Shown here piece after piece: positions 50,055 to 62,787 of a stretch of DNA of 64,000 bases. The stretch is from positions 60,512,001 through 60,576,000 of the forward strand of contig NC_043000.1 of NCBI RefSeq assembly GCF_006345805.1, written 5' to 3'. The first letter of the stretch is position 1. Each line of letters starts with the position of its first letter. The notes under the pieces were generated by a model. It had not been told where the DNA came from, did not search any database, and saw only the letters and a list, made by a program, of their open reading frames with translations. The translations under genes and the position numbers were made by a program. This stretch comes from Octopus sinensis. Taxonomy: Eukaryota.

Positions 50055-50163
50055 CTCTTGAGGAATGTCAAACTGCCTACCAGTTCCCTGTATAAGCCAT
50101 GCTGCTAAACAAGTGAACATATAAAACTGTTCTCCAGGATTGGTTGGAAGTGCAAAGTAATGT
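50055..50163 (-). CDS. IFT57: IFT57 coding exon 2: (R)HYFALPTNPGEQFYMFTCLAAWLIQGTGRQFDIPQE
   Basis: Near-identity to the conserved RHYFALPTNPGEQFYMF motif; tttgtag acceptor, GAG|gtattt donor; 109 nt, phase 2 to 0. Confidence 0.97.
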
Positions 50164-50458
50164 CTACAAAAAAAAGAAAGAAAGAAATAGTGGATAAAAA
50201 TAATTACTTTCACAAGATGTTAAGCAAAGGTTGAACCTGTTAGAAATTGGACTGAGGTCATAGATTTTTTTAATAGTTTACATTAAAAGTTTGTGGGGTG
50301 AGATACTATTTCTTAGTTATTTTCTTTGTTTATCACAACTGAGGTTCTATTAAGAGTAAAGATCTTAGTTCCACTCCACTATTTTCTTACATTTCTGTTT
50401 CCTCTAAATTTTTGTATTTAGATAGCTTTTCAGCATTCTTAATTTGATAGATCACCAT

Positions 50459-50680
50459 TATAAAAAACTCCTCAAGAAATGTAAAGACACAGAGCTTTTC
50501 CCAATCAAAGTTGGATGTAAAGGATTCATTGGACACAGTGTGAGGCAATTATTGTAGCCACTAGACCTAACTCATAATAAAGTTAATACCATTATGAGAG
50601 ATATTCAGACTACAGTGGAGAAGGCAAGCTACTGGATTTGGTTAAGAAGGGACGATGAGCAATGCCTGGAAGAATATTCT
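50459..50680 (+). mobile_element. HERO-like (R2 superfamily, restriction-like endonuclease) LINE 3' fragment
   Basis: YKKLLKKC...FPIKVGCKGFIGHSVRQLL*...VEKASYWIWLRR resembles the HERO C-terminal PIEVGCRGF...AEKASRWLWIKR signature. Confidence 0.7.
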
Positions 50681-52288
50681 GCGAAACCTAGTAACCAGCT
50701 GATCAAGCAAGTGGGGCTGGTACATAATAATGCCATTGAGAGGAAGGCCCTCAAATGAAATGGCATGCATTCTCTTCTGATAACCCCATAAAGCTGCTAG
50801 CATTTAGGATGCAGAGCTTTCAACTGGTAGCACTTGCATTTGCAAGTTGTTTGCAAAAAATCTCCGCTTTGCTCAGCAATTAGGATGCATAACATATTGA
50901 TTTTTGTCTTTGATAATGCATGACAGCAACTTTTTCAGTATGTGCCACATGAAAAGCTGAGTGGTTGGTGTTATAAAGGGCATTCAGCTGTAAAATTCCT
51001 GCCAAAACAGTTACAGAAGTCTGGTGCAGGCTTCTGCCTGGCCGGCTCTTGTCAAACCTTCCCACTCATTCCAGCATAGAAGGCGGATGTTAAACGACAA
51101 TGATGATGATATCCTTATTGCAGAAGATTGTTTTTAGTGTAACACTAAATACTTTGGAGTATTTATTCACATCCCATCACAAATCCTCTTGTGGTTGGAT
51201 TTGTTTTACCTTCTTCCAGAGTTAACAAAGCAAGTACTAGTCAAGTGCATAGGTTGAATAAATCCACTGTAATTGTCCCCTGAAATGACTGATCTTGTGT
51301 CAATACTTATTATTATTACTGTTATTAAGGTGGTGAGTTGACAGAATTGTTAGAATGCTGGGCAAAATGTTTAGCAGCATTTCATCTATCTTTACATTCT
51401 GAGTTCAAATTCTGCCAAGGCCAACTTTACCTTTCATCATTTTAGGGTTGATAAATAAAGTCACCAGTGAAATAAAGGGGTCGATTCAATCAACTAGCAC
51501 CCTCCCATAAAATTTCAGGCCTTGTGCCTATAGTAGAAAGGATTATCACTATTATCAGGATAACAACAACAACAGAAATAGAGGAGAGGCACACTATGAA
51601 ATTTTACAGAATTTACTTTCATTTCTCTATGCACTTCCTGGGTTTCACTTTGTTTTCTCTTTTGCAATGATCAATAAAAGTATCAGTTACATGGGACAAT
51701 CCAGTTGATCACATCTCCTCTATATAATAATCAACTTTGTGGTTTATTGTAATCTTGATTTTTAACATTTGCACAAGAAGAAAGAATATATATATATATA
51801 TTTGTAGAAGAAAGAATATAGTCAATTAAATGGAATAAACCTTAGTAAATGCTGAAACTCCTGATCACTAATTTTCTTTTTACTTTGAAGACTAGAGAAT
51901 GAAAGGCAAAAATTGACTTGAGTGGCATTTGAACTCAGGACATATGAGATACAAAAGTAAATACTGCAAGACATATCTGGCATTCTAAAATCTTGTATGT
52001 CATCAAATGAACAATTCTGTCTCATTTTTTTTTTTTTGTATTTTTAAGGTTACATTCTGCAACACACAAAAGTAGATATTTTTCAGCCAACGAGAGGATT
52101 GCTCTGATGTCTGATTGCTCCACCTGCTAAGAATAACTGCAAATCTTCCTCAGGTAATGCCCTATTGTCTTAAATAATAAAAGAAAGGACATATTGAATA
52201 ATGTAATTTGGAAACAAGGGATAATTTGATATGCCTCTAATCAAAAGGAAAACCTAAGACCTTAGTTCTGACATGATAACTTACTTAC

Positions 52289-52446
52289 CTTGAAAGAGGT
52301 TTCATGTTCATTATTGTCATAAAGCTTTTTTCATAATTAAGTAGACGGAGCTTTTCCAAAAGTTCTTCCATATTAACAAATGGTAAATATGCCATGCCCG
52401 GACTAACATCTTCAATTTCTTCTGTGCGTCTCTTCTCTTCAGACAT
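52289..52446 (-). CDS. IFT57: IFT57 coding exon 1 (ATG at 52446): MSEEKRRTEEIEDVSPGMAYLPFVNMEELLEKLRLLNYEKSFMTIMNMKPLS(R)
   Basis: Translation matches the IFT57 N-terminus (MEDLVEKLKLLRYE...KAPSR in human). Donor AAG|gtaagt, phase 2. Acceptor ctag at 52459-52460 leaves 12 nt of 5'UTR. Confidence 0.95.
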
Positions 52447-55058
52447 TTTAAAAGGCAACTAGGAACCAAAAGAAAATTAGAGATCAGAAATTTCAGTCTT
52501 CTTGAAAGTCATGAAATATATGAAATTTTTTAACAATTAATTTTGAAAATCAAGAAGAATTTAATGAAATAACTTTGTCATAATGAAGCTGGTATTTGGT
52601 GCATAAATTAACATGAAATTTTCATGAAGGATTTTTAATCACTTTAAAACAGGAAGTTCATATTAAAGAACTAGAGGTAGTTTTAGCTGGGTTAAAAGGG
52701 AAAAACACTGAATTGAGTGACTGAATTATATAGACTGCCATATCAAAGCTAACATGGGCTAAACAAAAACATGTGTAAGAGTAGTATGAACATAAGCATG
52801 GCTTAATGGTGAAGTTCACTTTGCAATCATTATGTCCAGGATTTCACCCTCTCATGATTGCTCAATCAAGCATTTGATGCAATTCGGTAGGCAGAAACTG
52901 CACAGAAAATCAATAGATAGATTATAATTGAAAGGACCAGACTTATTACACATTGTGCGATGCTGATTCTGCCTAAGGATTATGGTAAAGGCACAAACAT
53001 CTCTGGAATATTCAGCCACTAACATGCTAATTCAATGAATATTCATTGGAGAACCATTTACTTTAAATATTTTATGCATGGCCTGAAATTTAGATTTGAA
53101 TATTTCAGTTCATTTATAATTTTATAATCATTTAAAAAAAAGACAGGTTACAACAGTTTTATTCTTTAATATAATTACTCTTTGACATGATCTTTATATA
53201 TTAATAAAGATTATTTTGTATGTTAATCAATCCATTCAACTCAAATATCTTAATAATAAGACCCAAGACAAATCTGAAACAGTTAAGCTACAACTTTTTT
53301 TTAAAGTCTCTAGCTTTGAAACATCTGAAGATATTGTTTTCATACACAGAAAAAAGAAGGATGTACGTTAATTTTATTAATAGTTATTTTATTGACTGTG
53401 CAGATGAATGATGTGAAGTGAAAATTGCACTGTATAAGATTCCACCAAAAATCATTTACAGTTGTTCAGTATTGACTGACATAAAATGCTATACTAGTTC
53501 ATCATTTTCTTTTTTTTTTTACTATTTTCAGGTCCTTAAGTTTATAGAAATGCAAAATGAGATATTGCAGTATTAGTGCCTTTATCAAGGGCATCAGTGG
53601 AGCAAGTGAATGGAAATTGTTTCAACGAAGGTTTGAACCTACGATAAAATCTCGGCTTACTTTCTATTCTTTAGTGCAAAACTGAAATTGCAAAAAGATT
53701 TGGAAGAATTAGAAGAAAGTTCTCCAGTAATTTTCTTTCATATAAATAAATGTTTATGTTAATTTTAAAATTTGCCAGCAAACTCTTATAAGATGATAAT
53801 GTTCTAAAAGATGTACATGTTTATATGTTATATATGAAAATAAAAATATTTGTAAGGTAAAATATTGTAAGGCTCAAGGCTAGGCTAAAAGCTATTAACG
53901 TGCTATATTTGTGACCCATTTGATTCCTAGATGTAGCCATAAAAGAAATATGGATTTGTTGCACCTATGTAAAAATAAAACAAACAATATTTTGAGCCAG
54001 TATATGGTAGTGGAGTGACAATCGTTAAAGCGTCTGACTGAATACTTAGTCCTTTACATTCTGAGTTCAAGTCCTGCTTTGGTAACGTTGCTTTTCATCC
54101 TTCCAGCTTGATTGATTGATACTGGATCGATTTATACACCTCTAATGCATCCAACAAGTGAATAGAATTGTAGTAGAAGACAAATATATTAAAATAAATA
54201 CATATTATAGCCTTATCTGTAGCATTAGCACAATTCACTCATATCCCTAATACTAGTATGAAAGGCGTGAATGGTATAACTCCCATGTTGTTTACTGACG
54301 TTAATAAATCTAATCCCTTAAATAGCGGATAATTCTAAGAAGAGTTGAGCAATTAACTCCATTCATCGGCCAAGCCAAACTTCACTCAAATCACACTCAT
54401 CCTATTGTCTTATAAAAAAGTGGGAACGCATTGGAGAACGTGATACTTGAATCAAATGACGGGATAGTCACGGATGGAGCAATTTTACACATTGGTCTGT
54501 GCGATCAGAACTGACATGGAGCTAGACAATAACTTACTAAACTGGTTGCAGATAGAGAGATGGAAAATATATATTGAGTAGAATAATGGATTTCTAGCAT
54601 TGGAGCAAGTATCATTTTCAATACTTCACTGGTGTTCATCCACAAAAAAATATTCTATCCGGCATTCAACCAATTCGGTCATCCATCTCATTACAGCAAA
54701 GATGTTTTATTTTCAAGGTTTTGTTATTAAAAAATAATATCAAACATTGCTGTTACTCAATTCAGTTAATATATTTATAGGTAAGAAGAATAAGATAATG
54801 TGAAGTTTACGTTTCCCCCTGATAAACAATATTAAAGATATGAGTTAAGTGAAATCGGCGAAACAGGGTCGAGGATTAGATGTTGGAAAGAATACCATGC
54901 GATCTTTAAAACCAAAGATTGCCGATTACTCAAGTGAAGAATGTTGAACAAACTTTTTCATAGCATCGAAGAATAAGTGTAGCTGTAAGATTGACGAAGG
55001 TAAGTTTTAAAAACCAAGGATAATTAAAAGAATTAACAAAAGCAAGCATACTATTTAC

Positions 55059-55270
55059 CTGGAATCTTATAGAGTGTAATTTAGTGAATTAATTACCAAC
55101 GAACAGTTTTTCTAGGAAAATTTACTCGGAAAAAAGTTTATTTATCTATGACCGTCTATGTTTGATGAAAAAGGGTGTGCACATGCGCAGTTACTTCTAT
55201 GTATGTTCTGTTTGTTTATGACCATGGCAACGGCGAGTAAAGAGAGGTTGATGATGACGCGCGTGTCGGC
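55059..55270 (-). promoter_or_regulatory. Probable IFT57 non-coding first exon and proximal promoter
   Basis: Minus-strand donor TTCCAG|gtaaat at 55059/55058. Locally CpG-rich, with NRF1-like TGCACATGCGCA (55178-55189) and RFX X-box-like GTTGCCATGGTCAT (minus, 55218-55231). TSS not determinable. Confidence 0.55.
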
Positions 55271-57339
55271 CTTTTGACATAAGAGTGTTCCTGTGGATGT
55301 TGTTAGACTGCTGTAAAAAATAGATGTAGACGATTTTCTTTGTCTGTGGTACTTATTTACATAGGTGAACTGGGTCATTTAGAAATTAAGTGCCTTTGCA
55401 ATACATGATCAATTTATCGGTGACAGATCATGAACTCGAAATGCTTGATTTTAAATACTGTAAGACTGTCATCTTAAAAATAATTACTAGTTTCATTCTG
55501 TTATTTCCTTCTAATTTCGAATACTGCTACTATCAATTCTATACTGGTTAAATGACAGTTATTGGAATATCAACATTGATTTGTAGTCATTGTTCAGGAT
55601 GTCTACTCTCTGAGTTCAAATCGCAACTAAGTTCATCTTTACTTTTCATCCTTTCAGGGTAGGAAAAATAAAGTACCATTCCTATATCGGAGTCGATTCT
55701 TCCCTTTCTCTCACTCGTTTTCTTGTTTGTCTCTCTTTTGGAAATATTTAGCTATAATTAGACATGTAGAGAGAGGGTTCTGTTAGGTCTCAAATTCTCA
55801 GGATATGCTGTATGTCATATCAAGGAATTGAGGGTCCAAAGAAGTAATGGTCAGCTTTGTCTTTCCTCCACATGGGGCTAATAAAATAAATTCCAAGCAT
55901 GTATTCCAAGCATAATTAAAAATTATTACAAGATGGGTTTGGGGATGAATCAAATCATCTTATAAATTTGTAGCTTGTTTATCAGATAATATAGGCACAT
56001 ACACAGTTGAGTGGTAAGAAGTTTGCTTCCCAACAGTGGTTTTGGGTTCAGTGTTTTCTGCTATAGCCCCAGGCCAACTAAAGCCTTGCAAGGGGATTTG
56101 ATAGACGGAAACTGAAAGAAGCTCATCGTGTATATATATATATACCATCATAATCATCGTTTAACGCTTGCTTTCCCTACTAGTATGGGTTGGACGATTT
56201 GACTGAGGACTGGTGAACCAGATGGCTGCAGCTGGCTCCAATCTGATCTCGTAGAGTTTCTACAGCTGGATGCCCTTCCTAACGCCAACCACTCCAAGAG
56301 TGTAGTGGGTGCTTTTACATGCCACTGGCATGAGGGGCAGTCAGGGAGTACTGGCAATGGCCATGCTCAAATGGTATTTTTTTTACATGCCACCTGCCCA
56401 GGAGCCAGTCCAGTGTGCAAAGCAATGTTTCGGTATGAGCAGAATTTAGGTTAGTTGAAATATGTCTCCATAAGTAACTACAGAGTATTTGTCTTTTAGC
56501 AGTTGAAATACGTGACAAACATATTTCAACTTGTAGCAGAGCTACGTAACTTAGGCATTGTAATATGTGAGTTGACCTGCACAGCAGATGAATATATCGA
56601 TGAGGCAGCTAGCCTCGCTTTGATACAGTAGCCTTGTTCTGAGACACTACACAGTAGAAATTCTCAGTCCCTGCCAGGTTTCGTTCAAAGACACATGTCT
56701 TCTCTGTAGCTCCATGTGTATTCTCCCGCGTGCGACTCACATGTCTATTCACCTCAACACAAGATATATGATTTGTAAACAAAGATATTTTATTACATAC
56801 ACATTCTCAAAATGACTGTTCTCATTACACACATGCACACATACTGTAATACAGATATTATATGTTACCTCCTTCAATGCAAAACCAAAAATCAAAACTT
56901 TGTATGTAAACACCCATGTTTTTATATCATACTACATACATGTTTCCACCACAAAAGGTGAACACAGAATAAATGGTGCACAAGGTGATGTAAACGGACC
57001 CTCCCCATCTTTAAAATATTCTTTTAATGGAATCCCACATTTTCAGCGCTATGGAGATTCCAATTCTGAAAAAAATTCTCAAAAATCGCAACTTCAAAGT
57101 TTCAATCTCAACCCTATTTCTTCATTTTTCACTTTTACCAGAATTTTTTTTTTTTTTTTGCGAAACATACAGAGATTATGATTCTGAAAGCAAATTGTAA
57201 AATTTCAATTTTTCAAAAGAAAAAGAAATATATCCCAATCCCTCCTGATACTACAGCCTTGGCCTTCAAGCAGGCTATCCACATACTAGAAATAACAGCC
57301 AAACTTCACAAAACTGTGATAACTTTCAGAGTAATTTCC

Positions 57340-57780
57340 CACAGTAATATGACAAAGGGAGGATAGGCCATCAAATGTGGGTTGTCAGGTGTTATGACAC
57401 CACTGTGAAGAAAGGATTTTTACAGTGCATACCCGACAGAAGCACAGCAACAGTGGAAACTGTGATAATAGAAAATGTGTTGCCTGGTACTGTAATTCAT
57501 ACTGATAAATGGGACAGCTATAGAAATTTACAGCAACTTGGCTATATTCACTGAACGGTAAACCATTTACAGAACTTCATTGACCCTGAAACCGACACTT
57601 GCACAAATCACATTGAGGCCTATTGGTCCCGAATAAAAAGAATAAAAAAACGGTTGAAGTATGTCAATGGATCATTGGGCAATCGTCTCGTGTCGACAAA
57701 TTTATGAATTGAGAAATGTATGGATTTATGGCAAAGAAAAATTTCCAGAATTTCTTTACATTTTTCAAACACATATGGGT
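57340..57780 (+). mobile_element. Merlin (IS1016/ISXO2-like) DDE transposase remnant
   Basis: IPDRSTATV..VIIENVLPGTVIHTDKWDSYRNLQQLGYIH*TVNHLQNFIDPETDTCTNHIEAYWSRIKR. Confidence 0.85.
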
Positions 57781-57849
57781 TGTCCATGGCAGCAATGAAA
57801 CTCCTATCCGGAGCTGACTAACCTAAAGTTTTCTATTGCTGCTCCAATG

Positions 57850-58255
57850 CACACCACCACCCATTTCATTGAAACTAAATGTGCTCTGGTTTTTTCTTGC
57901 CCTCACTGCCACTCTTCAGAGAAGCTAAAAGTGGCTAAGGCAGAATTTAACCACATGCTCCAGTTGGGCATCATCTACCCCTCTAATAGCTCCTGGGCGT
58001 CACCCTTGCACATGGTTCCAAAGTGTTCCGGGGACTGGTGACTACAGGTGATTAAACTCTATCACAGTGTCAGACAGGTACTCAATACCCCACATTCAGG
58101 ATTTTGCTTTATCTCTCCACAACTGCAGAGTGTTCACCAAACTGGACTTGGTTAAGGCATACCATCAGATTCTTGTGAATCCAGAGGATATTCCACTCCA
58201 TTTGGTGCCTTCGAATTCCTAACTGTGCCATTTGGTTTACGGAATTCAGCCAGTA
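57850..58255 (+). mobile_element. Ty3/gypsy LTR retrotransposon RT fragment
   Basis: KVAKAEFNHMLQLGIIYPSNSSWASPLHMVPKCSGDW...AYHQI...PFGAFEFLTVPFGLRNSA with frameshifts. Confidence 0.85.
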
Positions 58256-59897
58256 CAACTTCAAGCACTTCTCAGTATCCACATCTGGTGCATAGATTTT
58301 GTGTGATACTTCCATGAATTCTCCTTGTCCTTTTGTTCCAGAGACACACAGACAAACAGTCTCCAGTACACTGCATAACCTGTCAAACCCTGGCCACATA
58401 AGAAATGGCACTAAACATTTTGTCTTTCTACTGTAGGCACAAAGCTTGAAATTTTGGAAGATGGGTTAGTTGATTACATTGACCCTAGTGCTACACATGT
58501 ACTTATTTTATTGACCCTGAAATGATGAAAGGTAAAGGCAGCTTCAGTGGAATTTGAACTCAGAATATAAAGCCAGAAGAAACACAGCTAAGTATTTTGT
58601 TTGGCATGCTGAAAACAGATTTCTATAGGATGCAAAAATAGGATGCTGTGACACTCTTGCCTTTTTTCAAGAGTATTAGTAATGTGATAGAAATGAAACA
58701 GTTTCATGAATGGATTTAAACAATGCCATAAACTTGGTTCACTTAAACTGCCAATACTTGGATTACATACAATTCCAACTGAATGGGTATAGTCAATTTC
58801 TTTTACTGATTATTTATCTTTTGTTTTTGGATTTGGTTTGCAATCATTTTTTTAAAATCCCAGATAAACAGAAGGCAAACTTTACTATATTTACTGTTGT
58901 TACCCATACCTAGAGTTTTCTGAATGAGAACAGTTGGGAAAGAGACATTAACCTGAGTAGATCCAACAGAGAGACAACCTATTGAATTCAACAATAATAC
59001 CGTTGAAATAGTCATTCATTAAGGATGTGAAGGCAAAGAAAACAGCCATGTCATCAGGGATAATCAGTGAGATAATGAAAATATCCAGAAAGTAGAACAG
59101 ATACAACACATGTATTTAAGCAGAGCATATTGAAAGGAGTCACTCCCAATTGCTGCAGTAATGATATCAACAGTTTCAAGTGAAAGATAATTCTTTAAAA
59201 ATAAGAAACTTTAGTAGCATCAAACTGTTGAGCTTTTTCCATTGTTAATTCTCACATTATTGACAGCACCACTGAGATGGACTGTACAGCTCTCATAATC
59301 CATTCATCTCCATCTAGTTTTCTTTCAGACTGCAAAACATAGCACCCTGCCCAAGGTTTTCTCCAGGTCAATGAATGTTAAGTGTTTAACGGCTTACTTT
59401 TTACTTTTAATTAAGCACTTCTATAGTTGTCTCATTAGGAAGAGAGGGCATCACTTGTACTGTCTCGACTAATGTACTAATTTTCTTCATTAGTTGTGCT
59501 ATAATAGCCAGCTCTAATTTTCCTTATTTTTTTTTTCAATCTATGAAGTGTTTGAATATTTAGCAACAATAAGTCAAATACTATATTTTTAGACATTGAA
59601 TTGGCTCATCACTGTAGCCTTCTAGAAAATTCACACCAAATCTTACTGTATTTAAAACCTCAGTTTTGGCATGCCATTTCTTGATTTACCACTCATCAAA
59701 CTAAATTCTGACTTAGTGTTTATAAGATGCAGGTTGATTTTGTGGAACAATTTAAAAAAAAAATAATATATGGTTACTCTAATACAGTATAACTATTTCA
59801 ATTAAAACAATTACAATTAAAAGTATTGTGTTTATGTATTTGTTTTGCAAGATTCTTGTGTGAAATTATATGTTAAAACAGATATTGTTATACATAG

Positions 59898-60250
59898 GGA
59901 TGGTCACATTTTGCCAGTTAAACACATGCACTATATATTTGGTCTTCACTTTAGCTTTATTATCATTATTTTAGCTTCTTTGTCAAAGCCCTTTCATCAC
60001 ACATCCTGTGACCTCTTCAAAAACTCTTTATCCACGTGTCTCCTCTTCTGCTTATTCCATCTCATCTTTCTATGCACAGATAAGAATACATACCACAGAA
60101 AGATAGAATCGAATAGGTAGAAGAGGAGACAAATGGGATAAAGAGTCTTTGAAGAGGTCACAGAAGGTACAATAAAAATAATAATAATAAAGCTGAAGTG
60201 AAGACCAAAAATAGAGTGCATGTATTTAGTTGGCAAAATATGATCATTCC
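59898..60250. repeat. Diverged approx. 350-bp fold-back repeat
   Basis: 59898-60071 is the reverse complement of approx. 60098-60250 with scattered mismatches and one indel. Confidence 0.85.
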
Positions 60251-61242
60251 CAAGTATAACAGTAGTTACAATAATAGATTCTTATTTATGAAAGTCTTAC
60301 AAAAATAAGTATGATTTCCCTTGTTAAGTATATTAATCTTCTCTGCCTTGACAAGCACCTTTTCCCAAAATATATTTTTCAGACAATAGCTTTTTCACTA
60401 AAGATATATCATCATCATTTTCTTATTAAACATAGTATTTCATTCAACTTGAGTTATCATTTCATTGGCAAAAGGCAAAACTTTTATAAACAGAATATAA
60501 AAAAATGGATGAGTCAATTCTTCATTTTTTTCCTTTGATATTACTTGGTCTAACTTTTACAATAAATGTCTTCCACAGTCAACTTATGGCACTTTTTTAT
60601 TTTTGGTTATTATATGCATTTGCTTTTACAATATTTCAACAAATCAAAATAACTGAAAACATATACCTGAGAATGTTTTATTACATGAAAGTGTTCAAAT
60701 ATATCATAAAAATATTTCTATGAAAAAAAAACTGCGACTCAAATTAAATTGTTCCCTGTTACCTTTAGTGGTGAATAACAATTAAATTTGTATAAGTTCT
60801 ACTAATACAGAAAATAACAGAGACAACTTTAAGATGACTAGCAATTTTTTCAGTCTTTTTTAAGAGGATTAGTGATGTTAGTGAAATGAAATAGCTAAAA
60901 AAAAACCCAAAAACTAGGAAGTGTGTTGCAATGCAATATTTCTTTTTTTCATGTTTCTCTTGATTACACATTTTAATATAAAATCACACTGTTAATACCA
61001 CACTGTATTGTCCTTTACCATCATCGAGCGTTTTGTCAGGCTTTGTGGTTAATAAAAAAATATTACTGTTGTTGTTGTTATTGTTATTATTATTTATTGT
61101 AGTTGTAAAAAATAGTAATAAAGTTTTAGATTCAGCCTCTACAGGAGCTTATAATAGTGTTTGTAAAAACTAAAACCCCACCATACACACACAAAAAAGA
61201 AAAATCACAAAAACATGATATATATATATATATATTTATATA

Positions 61243-61574
61243 CAGGTTGATTCAAAAGGCGCCATACATAGGAACAATTTATTTTTTTATAAGAAATAGT
61301 TTATAAGAACAGGCTTTTTTTTTATTTAACAGGTTCTATTCTATATGGTTGCCATTGTTTTGAATACACATTGCAATACGTTTACCCCACTCGTTGTGAA
61401 CTAGTAATAGCACATCTGGTGATACCTGAGCAAATGAGTTGGTGATGCGTTCTTTCAAATGCCCCCAAAGATAGAAATCAAGAGGGGTCAGATCAGGGAA
61501 TCTAGGGGGATCATATAAACTTACTTATAAAAAAATAAATTTTTCCTATGTATGGAGATTTTTGAATCACCCTG
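61243..61574 (-). mobile_element. Tc1/mariner-superfamily non-autonomous element (maT/rosa-like C-terminus)
   Basis: TA|CAGG.TGATTCAAAA..CCATACATAGGA TIRs (~45 bp); minus strand PDLTPLDFYLWGHLKE...RIAMCIQNNGNHIE*. Confidence 0.85.
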
Positions 61575-61695
61575 TATATAAAACTTATTTTTAACCTAAT
61601 ATTTACAGGCCATTATTTATAGCTTTTATCTGTTTCCTGGTTGCTGTTCCAAAAAAGAATCTCTCGGAGATATAAATCCAAGAAACAAAATTGGT

Positions 61696-61835
61696 TTATT
61701 TAAGTTTCTCAAAAGTTATAGCAATCATTTTATCAATTTGAGAATTAAGTTGGTTACTGTCTCCGCAGTTATCAATTATAAAGTCCCAATGTTCCACAGC
61801 ATCCAGACCACATTCCGAGGCAGCATCATCGACAC
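61696..61835 (-). CDS. PMVK: PMVK last coding exon: (G)VDDAASECGLDAVEHWDFIIDNCGDSNQLNSQIDKMIAITFEKLK*
   Basis: Matches GVDDAESECGLD...FDWVIENHG; ttttaaag acceptor, phase 1, TAA at 61696-61698. Confidence 0.95.
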
Positions 61836-62350
61836 CTTTAAAAAAAGGGACAAAGAAAAATAAAAACAAAACACACAGATCAAGATAAATAATAAAACCA
61901 GATATAATTGTATAATTACAATTTTTCTGTTAAGTAAATAAAAGTCATTAAAAATACCCAGGCAATGGGGGATTTGTATTTCCTCTTAACACCAAAGAAC
62001 TGGAGATAAACATTGGCCCTTAATCCACATAGGACTGATTTATTGGTCCACGATTTTTGTGCAATAAATAAGACCTCTTAGTGTGTGCATGCATGCATGT
62101 GTACATATATATATCTGGGCAAGGACAAGTACAGCTGCTAATATGTGCATAATTCTTAGCACACTGGACAAAATGCTTAGTGGCATTTCATCTGTCTTTG
62201 CATTGAGTTCAAAATCTGCTGAGGTTGACTCTGCCTTTCATTGTTTCAGGGTCAATAAAATAAATACCAGTTGACCACTGGGGTTGATCTAATCGACTTC
62301 ACCTCTCCCCAGAAATTGCTGGACTTGTGTCAAAATCGGAAACCAATATA

Positions 62351-62738
62351 TACTCTTTTATTTGTTTCAGTCATTAAATTGTGGCCATGCTGGAGCACCG
62401 CCTTTAGTCAAACAAATCGAACTGAGGAGTTATTCTTTGGAAGCCTAGTACTTATTCTATCGGTCACTTATGCCGAACCGCTAAGTTATGGGGACGTAAT
62501 CACACCAGCATCGGTTGTCAAGCGATGTTGGGGGGACAAACACAGACACACATATATATAGATATACATATATACAACGGGCTTCTTTTCAGTTTCCGCC
62601 TACCAAATCCACTCACAAGGCTTTGGTCGGCCCGAGGCTATAGTAGAAGACACTTGCCCAAGGTGCCACGCAGTGGAACTGAACCTGGAACCATGTGGTT
62701 GGTAAGCAAGCTACTTACCACACAGCCACTCCTGCGCC
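62351..62738 (-). mobile_element. SINE family A, full length, minus strand
   Basis: Reverse complement of the 63178 copy at high identity. Confidence 0.88.
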
Positions 62739-62787
62739 TATGCATAATTTTGCAACACGAGTAAAAAAGATAATTGCACACTTTTAC

